The notes under the pieces were generated by a model. The model ran no database searches. It worked only from the letters and a program-made list of their open reading frames with translations, and was not told the DNA's origin. A DNA stretch of 64,000 nt from Minisyncoccota bacterium (GTDB lineage: Bacteria; Patescibacteriota; Minisyncoccia; Phycocordibacterales; UBA9973): the NCBI GenBank assembly GCA_942491275.1, contig CALNZI010000004.1, forward strand, positions 3,305 to 67,304, written 5' to 3'. The translations under genes and the position numbers were made by a program. Numbering within the stretch: the stretch's first letter is position 1; each line of letters begins with the position of its first letter. Of this stretch, positions 35,212 to 43,475 are shown in pieces.

Positions 35212-36930
35212 ATGAAACAGGAAACAAAAAATTGTCAGAATTGTAAAAAGGATTTTATTATTGAGTCTGATGATTTTTCTTTCTACGAGAAAATTCAAGT
35301 ACCACCTCCTACTTTTTGTCCGGAATGTCGGCTTGTTAGAAGATTAGTAACAAGGAACGAGAGAACTTTATATAAAAGAAAGTGTGATTTGTGCGAAGAA
35401 GAAAAAATTCTAGTTTACCCCGCAAATAGTAAATATAAAGTGTATTGCAGAGAATGTTTTATTGGGGATAATTGGGATTCAATGGAATATGGGAAAGATT
35501 ATGATTTTTCAAAACCATTTTTTGAACAATATATTGATTTATTTAATTCTGTACCAAAATTTGGAGTTATAAAACAAGGTTTTTCTACTAATAGTGAATA
35601 TACAAATAGAGTAACTAATTTAAAAAATTGTTATCTTACCTATGCTACAGCCGATAGTGAAAATTGTAATTATGGAGCATCCTATTGGGATTCAACCGAT
35701 TCCATGGATTGTTTTAATATTAGGAAGAGTGAACAATGTTTTTATTGTATGGATTGTAATCAATGTAGTAAATTAAGGTATTCTAAAGAATGTAATAATT
35801 GTGTTGATTCGTATTTTTTAAATAATTGTCGTAATTGTGTAAATTGTTTTGGATGTACGAATTTAAGAAACAAAAATTATTGTATTTTTAATAAACAATA
35901 TTCTCGTGACGAATATTTTAAAAAGATTTCTGAATTTAATTTATCAGATAAAAATAATTTAAAAGAAATAAAAGAAAAAGTAAAACAAATTTCACTTAAA
36001 GAGATTGTTCCATCTTTGGTTGAAAATTATTCTACTAACATTTCAGGGAATTGGATTGAAAATGCTAAGAATACAAATTTATCTTTTGGTTGCGAGAAGG
36101 TTGAAGATGGAAAATATTTATTTGGAGTAACTGAAGCTAAGGACGTTATGGATTATACCTATTGGGGAAAATCTAGTGAACTTATTTATGAGGCTTCAAA
36201 CGTAGGGATACAGTGTTCCAATGTTAAATTTTCAAATGAGTCTTGGAGTCAGTTAATTGATTCAGAATATTGTCATAATTGTTTAAATTGTTCAGATTTA
36301 TTTGGATGTGTGGGTTTAATTAAAAAACAGTATTGTATTTTTAATAAACAATATACAAAGGAGAAATACGAAGAATTAGTTCCTAAAATAAAAGAGCACA
36401 TGATGAGTATGCCTTTCGTTGATAGAATGGGAAGAACTATTAAATATGGAGAATTTTTTCCATGCGACATGACTCCTTTTTCCTACAATGAAACTATTGC
36501 TCAGGAATTCTTTCCAAAGACAAAGGAACAGGCTACCAAAGAAGGGTATAGATGGTTAGATGTAGATAAAAAAACTCATCAGCCGACGATAGCGGGGGAA
36601 GATTTACCAAGTACCATTCCAGAAGTTAAGGATGATATTTTGAAAGAAATTATTGGTTGTGCTCATAAGGGTGATTGCAATCAACAGTGTACTGTTGCCT
36701 TTAAAATTATTCCTGATGAATTACAATTCTATCGAAGCAATGATATCCCTTTACCGGAGTTATGTCCTAACTGTAGGCATTATGAGAGATTAGAAGAGAG
36801 AAATCCAATAAAGTTGTGGCATAGAAGTTGTATGAAAGAAGGTTGTAATAATAAATTTAAAACTAGTTACTCTCCAGAAAGGCCAGAAACAGTATATTGC
36901 CAACCATGCTATAGACAAGAAGTTGTATAA
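35212..36930 (+). CDS. cysteine-rich paralog family, copy 3 (subfamily II)
   Basis: MKQETKNCQNCKKDFIIESDDFSFYEKIQVPPPTFCPECR, NNCRNCVNCFGCTNLRNKNYCIFNKQYSRDEY, YCHNCLNCSDLFGCVGLIKKQYCIFNKQYTKEKY and ...YCQPCYRQEVV-stop. 39 Cys in 572 aa by my count. Confidence 0.85.
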   Translation: MKQETKNCQNCKKDFIIESDDFSFYEKIQVPPPTFCPECRLVRRLVTRNERTLYKRKCDLCEEEKILVYPANSKYKVYCRECFIGDNWDSMEYGKDYDFSKPFFEQYIDLFNSVPKFGVIKQGFSTNSEYTNRVTNLKNCYLTYATADSENCNYGASYWDSTDSMDCFNIRKSEQCFYCMDCNQCSKLRYSKECNNCVDSYFLNNCRNCVNCFGCTNLRNKNYCIFNKQYSRDEYFKKISEFNLSDKNNLKEIKEKVKQISLKEIVPSLVENYSTNISGNWIENAKNTNLSFGCEKVEDGKYLFGVTEAKDVMDYTYWGKSSELIYEASNVGIQCSNVKFSNESWSQLIDSEYCHNCLNCSDLFGCVGLIKKQYCIFNKQYTKEKYEELVPKIKEHMMSMPFVDRMGRTIKYGEFFPCDMTPFSYNETIAQEFFPKTKEQATKEGYRWLDVDKKTHQPTIAGEDLPSTIPEVKDDILKEIIGCAHKGDCNQQCTVAFKIIPDELQFYRSNDIPLPELCPNCRHYERLEERNPIKLWHRSCMKEGCNNKFKTSYSPERPETVYCQPCYRQEVV

Positions 36931-36963
36931 AAAAACAGCATCAATTTTTTAAAAAGATGCCGC

Positions 36964-37506
36964 TTAGTAGTTTGTAAGAAAATACCAACAGGTAATTTCT
37001 TTTAAGATATCCCATAATAAAATAAATATTGGAACTAGCACAAATATTACTGTATTCCAATATATATTTATTATTAATGAATTTACTAAAAAAACTAATT
37101 TTATGCTTCTTCCAGTAAACCCATTATATAAATAAAATCCAGGACGACGGAAAATAACTACTAGGCCGGTATTCATCCATGATAAAGACAGACTTAAAAT
37201 AGTATTATTTCTTTTAGTCCACCTTAGAATTCTTTTTATTATTTTATTTTTTTGGGGGAATCCTTGGTCTTTATGGAGAGCTTCTTTTAGAGCTTCAATC
37301 CACAAACAGTCTTTTCTGTATTTATCATAGATTTTTACAGAAAAGATTCCGATTAAAATATAAATTAGAAATGTAATTGATAAACTAATTGCATAATCAA
37401 ATTTAATCATAAGGATCGGATTTACGATCAAGCCTATTATTCCCTTAATCCCTAGATTAATGAAGAAAATAGATCCAAACCGGATATTCTTCTTCATTTT
37501 TTCCAT
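36964..37506 (-). CDS. hypothetical multi-TM membrane protein
   Basis: Several hydrophobic segments. No recognisable motif. Confidence 0.5.
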   Translation of the reverse strand: MEKMKKNIRFGSIFFINLGIKGIIGLIVNPILMIKFDYAISLSITFLIYILIGIFSVKIYDKYRKDCLWIEALKEALHKDQGFPQKNKIIKRILRWTKRNNTILSLSLSWMNTGLVVIFRRPGFYLYNGFTGRSIKLVFLVNSLIINIYWNTVIFVLVPIFILLWDILKEITCWYFLTNY

Positions 37507-37591
37507 GAGACTGTTATTTTTTTAAGGTTTTTTTTAGTCTAGCACAACCTTGGGATTTTGCATTGTTTTGTTTTTGACGTATAGTATTAAC

Positions 37592-37945
37592 ATGGAATAC
37601 GTAGCATTTGAAGAATTTAAGAAGATGGACATGAGAATCGGAACAATCAGTGAAATTGAGCCAGTTCCTGAGACTGATAAGCTTTTGGTTTGTCAAATTG
37701 ATTTCAATGAAGTGGACGAAGATGGAAATAAAAAATTTCGCCAAGTCGTTTCTGGACTTAGAGAGTATTTCCCTGACTATGAAGAGTTAATTGGTAAAAA
37801 AGTTTTGTATATTTTAAATCTTGAACCTAGGAAAATAAAAGGTTATGAGAGCAATGGAATGTTAATGGCAGTTGATGGGGTAGATGGAAAGCCAGCATTT
37901 CTTATTCCAGATAGTGAGGTTGTTCCAGGAAGTAAAGTTCATTAA
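37592..37945 (+). CDS. tRNA-binding domain protein (CsaA / Trbp111 / EMAP-like OB fold)
   Basis: F..MDMRIGTISEIEPVPETDKLLVCQIDF...ILNLEPRKIKGYESNGMLMA. The ATG at 37592 is preferred over 37550. Confidence 0.8.
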   Translation: MEYVAFEEFKKMDMRIGTISEIEPVPETDKLLVCQIDFNEVDEDGNKKFRQVVSGLREYFPDYEELIGKKVLYILNLEPRKIKGYESNGMLMAVDGVDGKPAFLIPDSEVVPGSKVH

Positions 37946-37950
37946 TTTTT

Positions 37951-38541
37951 ATGTTAGACCCAATTTTAATTATTAAAGCCATCGGATTAATCGGAATTTT
38001 CTTGATTATTTTTGCTGAGACTGGTCTTTTTTTTGGTTTTTTCCTTCCGGGAGATACTTTGCTTTTTACTGCCGGGATTTTTGCTTCCCAAGGCTTCCTT
38101 AGTATTTATCTTTTAATAGGAGGAGGAATTATTATGGCAATTCTTGGAGACAGTGTTGGTTATTGGATGGGTAAAAAATACGGAAGAAAGTTTTTTGAAA
38201 AAGATAAAGGTTTTTTCTTTAAAAAGAAATATTTATATGAAACAGAAGATTTTTATAAGAAGCACGGAAAGTATACTATTATAATAGCTCGATTTATTCC
38301 AGTAGTTAGAACTTTTGCTCCCATCGTTGCAGGAATTGCTAAAATGTATTATCCTTCATTTATTTCATTTAATATTTTTGGAGGAATATTTTGGGTGGCG
38401 TCCATGTCGCTACTAGGTTACTTTTTAGGTGAATATATTCCCAACATAGAAGCATATATAATCCCCATCGTTGTTGCTATTGTTTTGATATCTATTTTAC
38501 CGGTGATTTTGAAATTTATTATCTCTAGACTTAAAAAATAG
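37951..38541 (+). CDS. DedA-family (VTT domain) membrane protein
   Basis: ETGLFFGFFLPGDTLLFTAG...GKYTIIIARFIPVVRTF. Confidence 0.85.
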   Translation: MLDPILIIKAIGLIGIFLIIFAETGLFFGFFLPGDTLLFTAGIFASQGFLSIYLLIGGGIIMAILGDSVGYWMGKKYGRKFFEKDKGFFFKKKYLYETEDFYKKHGKYTIIIARFIPVVRTFAPIVAGIAKMYYPSFISFNIFGGIFWVASMSLLGYFLGEYIPNIEAYIIPIVVAIVLISILPVILKFIISRLKK

Positions 38542-38575
38542 ACTTATTCTCTTTTATATCAAGCATAAGTATCGT

Positions 38576-38624
38576 ATAACCCCGTAGTAGAATTTTGTCT
38601 AAAATTTCACTACAGGGTATAATA
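38576..38624 (+). promoter_or_regulatory. conserved ~49-nt palindrome-plus-TATAAT element (copy A) upstream of pilM/N
   Basis: ataaCCCCGTAGTAGAATTTTgtctAAAATTTCACTACAGGGTATAATa, near-identical to 57493..57541. TATAAT at 38618..38623 lies 9 nt before the ATG. Confidence 0.6.
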
Positions 38625-38632
38625 GAAGAGTA

Positions 38633-40258
38633 ATGAAAAAATTATTCAGTCGCTATTTTCCGACACCTACTTATTTGAGCATGGACTCCTGTGCTCTAGA
38701 TATTTCCGACGAGTCTATTAAATATGGGCAGCTTTCTTCTTCTTTCTCTGAATTTAAATTAAGTAAGTTTGGTAAAGAAATTATACCGGCTGGTGTTTTG
38801 GTTTCAGGTAAAATTGAAGATGAAAAAAAACTTATTGAAATATTAAAAAATTTAAAGAAGAAAGAAAAACTTGATTTTGTTAGGGTTTCGTTGCCGGAAG
38901 AACAGATGTATGTTTTCACTTTGTCTCTTCCTCAAATGAACGGGCAAGATTTAAGGGAAATGATTCTTCTTCAAATAGAAGAGCATATTCCACTTAAGGC
39001 CAATGATGTTGTTTTTGATTATGACACCATAAAAGAAGACGAAAAAATAAGCATTGTTGAAGTCGTAGCTACTCCGGTGGGAGTTATTGAAAGCTATTTA
39101 TCTGTTTTCAGTCAAGCTGGATTAGTTCCACTTTCATTTGAATCTGAATCTCAAGCTATTACTAGAGCCGTTGTACCAAGGGGTGAAAAAAGTTCAGTTA
39201 TGATTGTTGATTTTGGATATTCTCGTACAGGAGTTTCTATTTCACAAAACGGGAATGTCCTACTTACGACAACTTTGGATATTGGAGGTTTCAATTTAAC
39301 GGAGATGCTTGCCAAGAATTTCTCGATTTCATTTGATAAGGCGGAAGAAATGAAACGATCCTATGGCTTGAGTAATGATTCAAAGGTCAATGATATTTTT
39401 CCTGTGATTTTGAATGGAATTTCTGTCTTACATGATGAATTAGATAAACAATATATCTATTGGAAAACTCACAGTCAAGAAAGTAGTTTTACTCATAACA
39501 AAATAGACAGAATAATTTTATGTGGAGGGAATGCTAATTTATCTGGGTTAGCTGAATATTTAGAAGCTAGTATGAAAATAAAAGTAGAACACGCTAATGC
39601 TTGGGTAAATATTTTAAATATGAAAGAGTCTGTTCCTGAATTATCTTTTGAAGAATCATTAAGCTATGTGACTGTCCTTGGGTTAGCTTTAGGTAGTTTT
39701 TCAAAGGAAGCAAGATCTGTTATTAATGTTTTACCTCTTGGAGAAAAGAAAATATTACGTAAGAGATATTGGGTTCGACTTGCGACTGTCTTTTTAAACC
39801 TTTTTTCTATAACCGGGTTGTTGTCAATTGTTCTCCTCTCTCCTTCTTATTTTTTATCTATGGAAAAAGAGAATTTAGCGGAGAGTAGATTGGAGTCGTT
39901 TAACACAATGAATCCCGAGATAACAACTTTAAATATAAGCAATACAATAGAAGATATAAATAATAATCTAACAGTTCTTTCTAAGAAGGAAATTAATCCG
40001 CAAACTATTGAAAAGGTTTTTGGATGGCTTCTAGAAAATAAACCAAGTAAAGTGACTTTTTCTCAGATACTTTTCAATAAAAGAACAAACAATGAGCTGG
40101 TTTTGGATGTTCATGGGACTGCGGGTAGTAGGGCGGTTTTAAGAGATTTTAAGTCTCTTTTAGATGAAAATGAGAATTATAAAGAAGTTAATTTACCAAT
40201 TTCGGATTTTTTGGAAAAAGAAGATCTTAATTTTACAATTTCTATTCTTTTAAAATAA
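38633..40258 (+). CDS. pilM: type IV pilus assembly PilM-like ATPase fold fused to a PilN-like TM/periplasmic region
   Basis: Actin-like N-terminal ~350 aa (LDISDESIKYG, VDFGYSRTGVS, LCGGNANLSGL), then TM helix WVRLATVFLNLFSITGLLSIVLL and a C-terminal domain. Confidence 0.65.
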   Translation: MKKLFSRYFPTPTYLSMDSCALDISDESIKYGQLSSSFSEFKLSKFGKEIIPAGVLVSGKIEDEKKLIEILKNLKKKEKLDFVRVSLPEEQMYVFTLSLPQMNGQDLREMILLQIEEHIPLKANDVVFDYDTIKEDEKISIVEVVATPVGVIESYLSVFSQAGLVPLSFESESQAITRAVVPRGEKSSVMIVDFGYSRTGVSISQNGNVLLTTTLDIGGFNLTEMLAKNFSISFDKAEEMKRSYGLSNDSKVNDIFPVILNGISVLHDELDKQYIYWKTHSQESSFTHNKIDRIILCGGNANLSGLAEYLEASMKIKVEHANAWVNILNMKESVPELSFEESLSYVTVLGLALGSFSKEARSVINVLPLGEKKILRKRYWVRLATVFLNLFSITGLLSIVLLSPSYFLSMEKENLAESRLESFNTMNPEITTLNISNTIEDINNNLTVLSKKEINPQTIEKVFGWLLENKPSKVTFSQILFNKRTNNELVLDVHGTAGSRAVLRDFKSLLDENENYKEVNLPISDFLEKEDLNFTISILLK

Positions 40259-40259
40259 T

Positions 40260-40820
40260 ATGAAAAAAAATTATACAATTTTAACTCTAGGAATTTCAAT
40301 CTTTCTTTCATTGATGGTTGTTTTAGTTTTTGCTTTCTTTTTTAAGGTTATTAAGATTAAAAATGAGAATACTTCAAAAACCTTAATAACTCTTGCTAAT
40401 AAAACCGCAGATAAGAAAAATGCAGATATTTTAGTTAAAAAATTCTCTGAACTTAGAGAAACAAAAGATAGAATAGCCAGTTATTTTGTGGATCCCTCAC
40501 ATATTGATATCTTTGTTGATTATTTAGAGAATCTTGGGATTAAAAATGATTCTGAATTGATTGTAAAAAACGTGGAAGTTTCTGAAAAAGAAAAAGAGAG
40601 TATTTTATTTAAGATATCAGTCACTGGAGACTTCAGTAATGTAATGAAGATTGTCCACTTGTTAGAAAATATTCCCTATCAAGTTAATTTGACTCAAGTT
40701 TTTCTAAATAAGGAGATTAAAACAGAGGAAGTTGAAATCAGGGGGGAGAAGAAACAGACTGAAAGATATATTTGGAGGGCTGATGTTTCTTTTAATATTT
40801 TAAGTCTACCTCAAAAATAA
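40260..40820 (+). CDS. PilO-like single-TM protein (tentative)
   Basis: N-terminal TM helix ILTLGISIFLSLMVVLVFAFFF. Position immediately after pilM/N. No strong motif. Confidence 0.35.
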   Translation: MKKNYTILTLGISIFLSLMVVLVFAFFFKVIKIKNENTSKTLITLANKTADKKNADILVKKFSELRETKDRIASYFVDPSHIDIFVDYLENLGIKNDSELIVKNVEVSEKEKESILFKISVTGDFSNVMKIVHLLENIPYQVNLTQVFLNKEIKTEEVEIRGEKKQTERYIWRADVSFNILSLPQK

Positions 40821-40821
40821 T

Positions 40822-41136
40822 ATGAATAATTTATTAACAAAAATTAAAAATAGATTTAAGGGCTTGCATAAATCAAGATTTATAAATCCACACAGGCATT
40901 GGGCTTTTTTGATACAATTGTTTTTGTCTGTAATTTTAATATTAATCATATTCAGTTTTTATTTGTTATATAAGATAAGAAATGAACAGATTTTTCAAGT
41001 CAATGAAGAGCCAACTACTCCGGTGAGTTTGATTAAAGAAAAATTATTAGAAGAGACCTTAGAGTCTTTTGATCAAAAAAAAGAGAGAACCAGAGACATA
41101 AAGGCAGGCTTGGTTGAGTTAAAAGATCCAAGTTAG
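40822..41136 (+). CDS. hypothetical single-TM protein (pilus-operon associated)
   Basis: TM helix WAFLIQLFLSVILILIIFSFYLLY. Translationally coupled spacing to the upstream genes. Confidence 0.45.
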   Translation: MNNLLTKIKNRFKGLHKSRFINPHRHWAFLIQLFLSVILILIIFSFYLLYKIRNEQIFQVNEEPTTPVSLIKEKLLEETLESFDQKKERTRDIKAGLVELKDPS

Positions 41137-41203
41137 AGCTTACTTGAATTTTAATGATATTATGGTAGTATTGTTGAGTATTTGAATGTTTTGTGTTAGT
41201 ACT

Positions 41204-41240
41204 ATATGTTATATGCGCGGTTAGTTGTCTTGGTAGGTCC
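41204..41240 (+). repeat. degenerate duplicate of the tRNA-Val promoter plus 5' half
   Basis: atatgttatatGCGCGGTTAGttgtcTTGGTAGgtcc versus the real gene atatgttttatatGCGCGGTTAGctcagTTGGTAGagc, 76 nt downstream. Confidence 0.6.
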
Positions 41241-41290
41241 TTTAACTTAGAAACAAAATAATCATTATTAGTACCAAATATGTTTTATAT

Positions 41291-41363
41291 GCGCGGTTAG
41301 CTCAGTTGGTAGAGCAACTCATTTACACTGAGAAGGTCGGGGGTTCAAATCCCTCACCGCGCA
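41291..41363 (+). tRNA. tRNA-Val (UAC)
   Basis: GCGCGGTTAGCTCAGTTGGTAGAGCAACTCATTTACACTGAGAAGGTCGGGGGTTCAAATCCCTCACCGCGCA. Anticodon loop TTTACAC. Confidence 0.9.
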
Positions 41364-41379
41364 CAACGCCAAGAATATT

Positions 41380-41451
41380 GCCCCTGTAGTTAAATGGATA
41401 TAACTGCGGACTTCTAAGCCGTTATTCGAGGTTCGATTCCTCGCGGGGGCA
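41380..41451 (+). tRNA. tRNA-Arg (UCU)
   Basis: GCCCCTGTAGTTAAATGGATATAACTGCGGACTTCTAAGCCGTTATTCGAGGTTCGATTCCTCGCGGGGGCA. Anticodon loop CTTCTAA. Ends 1 nt before the ATG at 41453. Confidence 0.85.
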
Positions 41452-41452
41452 C

Positions 41453-42229
41453 ATGAAAATAAAAATTCTATTTGAAGATAAAGACCTATTGGTCATAAAT
41501 AAACCCGCAGGTGTTTCTGTCCATTCGGATGGAAAAAGCAAGGAAAAAACTATTGCTGACTGGGTTTTAGAAAATTATCCAAAAACTAAAAAAGTTGGAG
41601 AACCTTTTGATTTGGAGGTTAAGGGAGGGGAAAATATAAAAATTTATCGTCCAGGAATTGTCCATCGCTTAGATAGAGAAACTTCCGGGGTTTTGATTAT
41701 TGCTAAAAATCAGAAAACTTTCGAGTTTGTGAAAAAACAATTTGCTGATCGTGTAGTTCAAAAAGTTTATCATTCTTTTGTCTATGGATCAGTTTCAGAT
41801 CCCCAAGCCTCTCTGGCTACAAATAAAAGGGGAGTGATAAAAGCAGCTATGGGACGTTCTCCCAATGATATTAGAATGTGGACAGCTGGACGAGGAGCAC
41901 GTGAACCACTACGGGAAGCTACAACAGAATATATTATTTTAGAAAAATTTAAATTAAAAAACGGAAAAGAATTTTCTTATCTGGAAATTTATCCAAAAAC
42001 TGGGAGAACTCACCAGATTAGAGTTCATATGAGATATATTAATCATCCGGTGGTGTCTGATAATCTTTATGGAGGATCAAATAAACCTGCTCTTGGAATG
42101 AAGCGCCTAGCTCTTCATGCTAAGATTATTACTTTTAAATTACCAAGCGGTCAGCCGAAAACAGTGGAAGCTCCGTTTCCAAAAGACTTTCAAGAAGTTA
42201 AAGATAAATATTTAAAAATAGATAAATAG
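41453..42229 (+). CDS. RluA/RluD-family pseudouridine synthase (lacks an S4 domain)
   Basis: [28 protein letters not shown] and GRTHQIRVH. Confidence 0.9.
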   Translation: MKIKILFEDKDLLVINKPAGVSVHSDGKSKEKTIADWVLENYPKTKKVGEPFDLEVKGGENIKIYRPGIVHRLDRETSGVLIIAKNQKTFEFVKKQFADRVVQKVYHSFVYGSVSDPQASLATNKRGVIKAAMGRSPNDIRMWTAGRGAREPLREATTEYIILEKFKLKNGKEFSYLEIYPKTGRTHQIRVHMRYINHPVVSDNLYGGSNKPALGMKRLALHAKIITFKLPSGQPKTVEAPFPKDFQEVKDKYLKIDK

Positions 42230-42281
42230 AGGTAAATTAAGGGGATTGCTTAATATACATATATATGATAAAGTACACGCC

Positions 42282-42737
42282 ATGGAATTGACCAAGGAAA
42301 AATTCACTCCGGTGGACACAGAAGAACGAAAAAGTCTTGATTTTAAGGCGGGTGATACTGTTTGTGTTTGGAGTAAAATTCAAGAAAAGGGTAAAACTAG
42401 ACTTCAGGCATTTGAAGGGTTAGTTCTTTCTCGTAAGCATGGGACAGAGCCAGGAGCAACATTTACAGTTAGAAAAGTTGCCAGTGGTGTTGGAGTTGAG
42501 CGTATATTCCCTTTATATTCTTTTAATATTGGGAAAATTGAAGTTTTGAAAAAATCAAAGACTCGTCGAAATAAACTTTACTATATTAGAACAAAAGCAG
42601 TTAAAGAAGTTAGAAAGAGATTGAAGAGTATTACTTTGGTTAAAGAAAAAACAATTAAAATTTCAGCAGAAGAGGAAGTGCCCACGGTTGAAAAAGAAGT
42701 AGAAGTAAAAACAGAAGAAGTTACAAAATCAGAATAA
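42282..42737 (+). CDS. rplS: 50S ribosomal protein L19 with acidic/lysine-rich C-terminal extension
   Basis: [35 protein letters not shown]...[20 protein letters not shown]. The ATG at 42282 is preferred over 42246. Confidence 0.9.
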   Translation: MELTKEKFTPVDTEERKSLDFKAGDTVCVWSKIQEKGKTRLQAFEGLVLSRKHGTEPGATFTVRKVASGVGVERIFPLYSFNIGKIEVLKKSKTRRNKLYYIRTKAVKEVRKRLKSITLVKEKTIKISAEEEVPTVEKEVEVKTEEVTKSE

Positions 42738-42764
42738 AAAAGCTCCACTGGTGGAGCTTTTTTT
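42735..42764 (+). terminator. rho-independent terminator after rplS
   Basis: aaaaaagctcca-ctgg-tggagcttttttt. Confidence 0.8.
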
Positions 42765-42803
42765 GTTTGGAATAAGATCAGTAATTGAGTATACTTTTAA
42801 TAT

Positions 42804-42885
42804 GCCCGGGTGGTGAAATTGGTAGACACGCTAGTATGAGGTACTAGTGCCGCAAGGTTTGGAGGTTCAAATCCTCTCCCGGGCA
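42804..42885 (+). tRNA. tRNA-Leu (GAG), class II
   Basis: GCCCGGGTGGTGAAATTGGTAGACACGCTAGTATGAGGTACTAGTGCCGCAAGGTTTGGAGGTTCAAATCCTCTCCCGGGCA. Ends 1 nt before the ATG at 42887. Confidence 0.85.
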
Positions 42886-42886
42886 C

Positions 42887-43453
42887 ATGGATATATTTTA
42901 TATTTTAGAATGGTTTTTAGTAATTATTTCTTTCATCACTTTTGGAGTGCTTTCTTTGTGGATTTTTAGTAGTTTTAATAAAAAGACTCGCTTTACTCAA
43001 ACTCCTAGTTCTGTTTTTAAGTATATTTCTAAAAGTTTAGAAATTAAAGAGGGTAGTGCGGTTTATCATTTAGGTTGTGGTGACGGGCGAGTATTGTTTA
43101 ATTTAGCAAAGCAAAAGCCTAAAGCGGAATTTATAGGAGTTGAAGATAATAAGTTTTTTTTAGGACTAGCTTTTTTACATAATTGGTGGAATAAAATAAA
43201 AAAGAAGGAAAAAATTGAAATTATAAATAGAGATTTTTTTAATCAAGATTTATCTAAAGCAACACACATCTTTGTTTATTTGTATCCTAACTTTATGGAT
43301 GATCTGTTATCAAAATTTGATAAAGAATTAAGCCCAGGAACTCGTTTAGTTTCTTTAAATTTTCATTTTACTTCGAAGCAACCAATTGCTGAAATCAGTC
43401 TCCCTAAAAAAAGTTATCAACGTAATCATCGAATTTACGTTTATGAATTTTAA
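42887..43453 (+). CDS. class I SAM-dependent methyltransferase with N-terminal TM helix
   Basis: VYHLGCGDGRVLFNLA (motif I) and GVEDN. N-terminal TM helix WFLVIISFITFGVLSLWIF. Confidence 0.7.
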   Translation: MDIFYILEWFLVIISFITFGVLSLWIFSSFNKKTRFTQTPSSVFKYISKSLEIKEGSAVYHLGCGDGRVLFNLAKQKPKAEFIGVEDNKFFLGLAFLHNWWNKIKKKEKIEIINRDFFNQDLSKATHIFVYLYPNFMDDLLSKFDKELSPGTRLVSLNFHFTSKQPIAEISLPKKSYQRNHRIYVYEF

Positions 43454-43475
43454 AAAGCAATGATATAATATAGGT

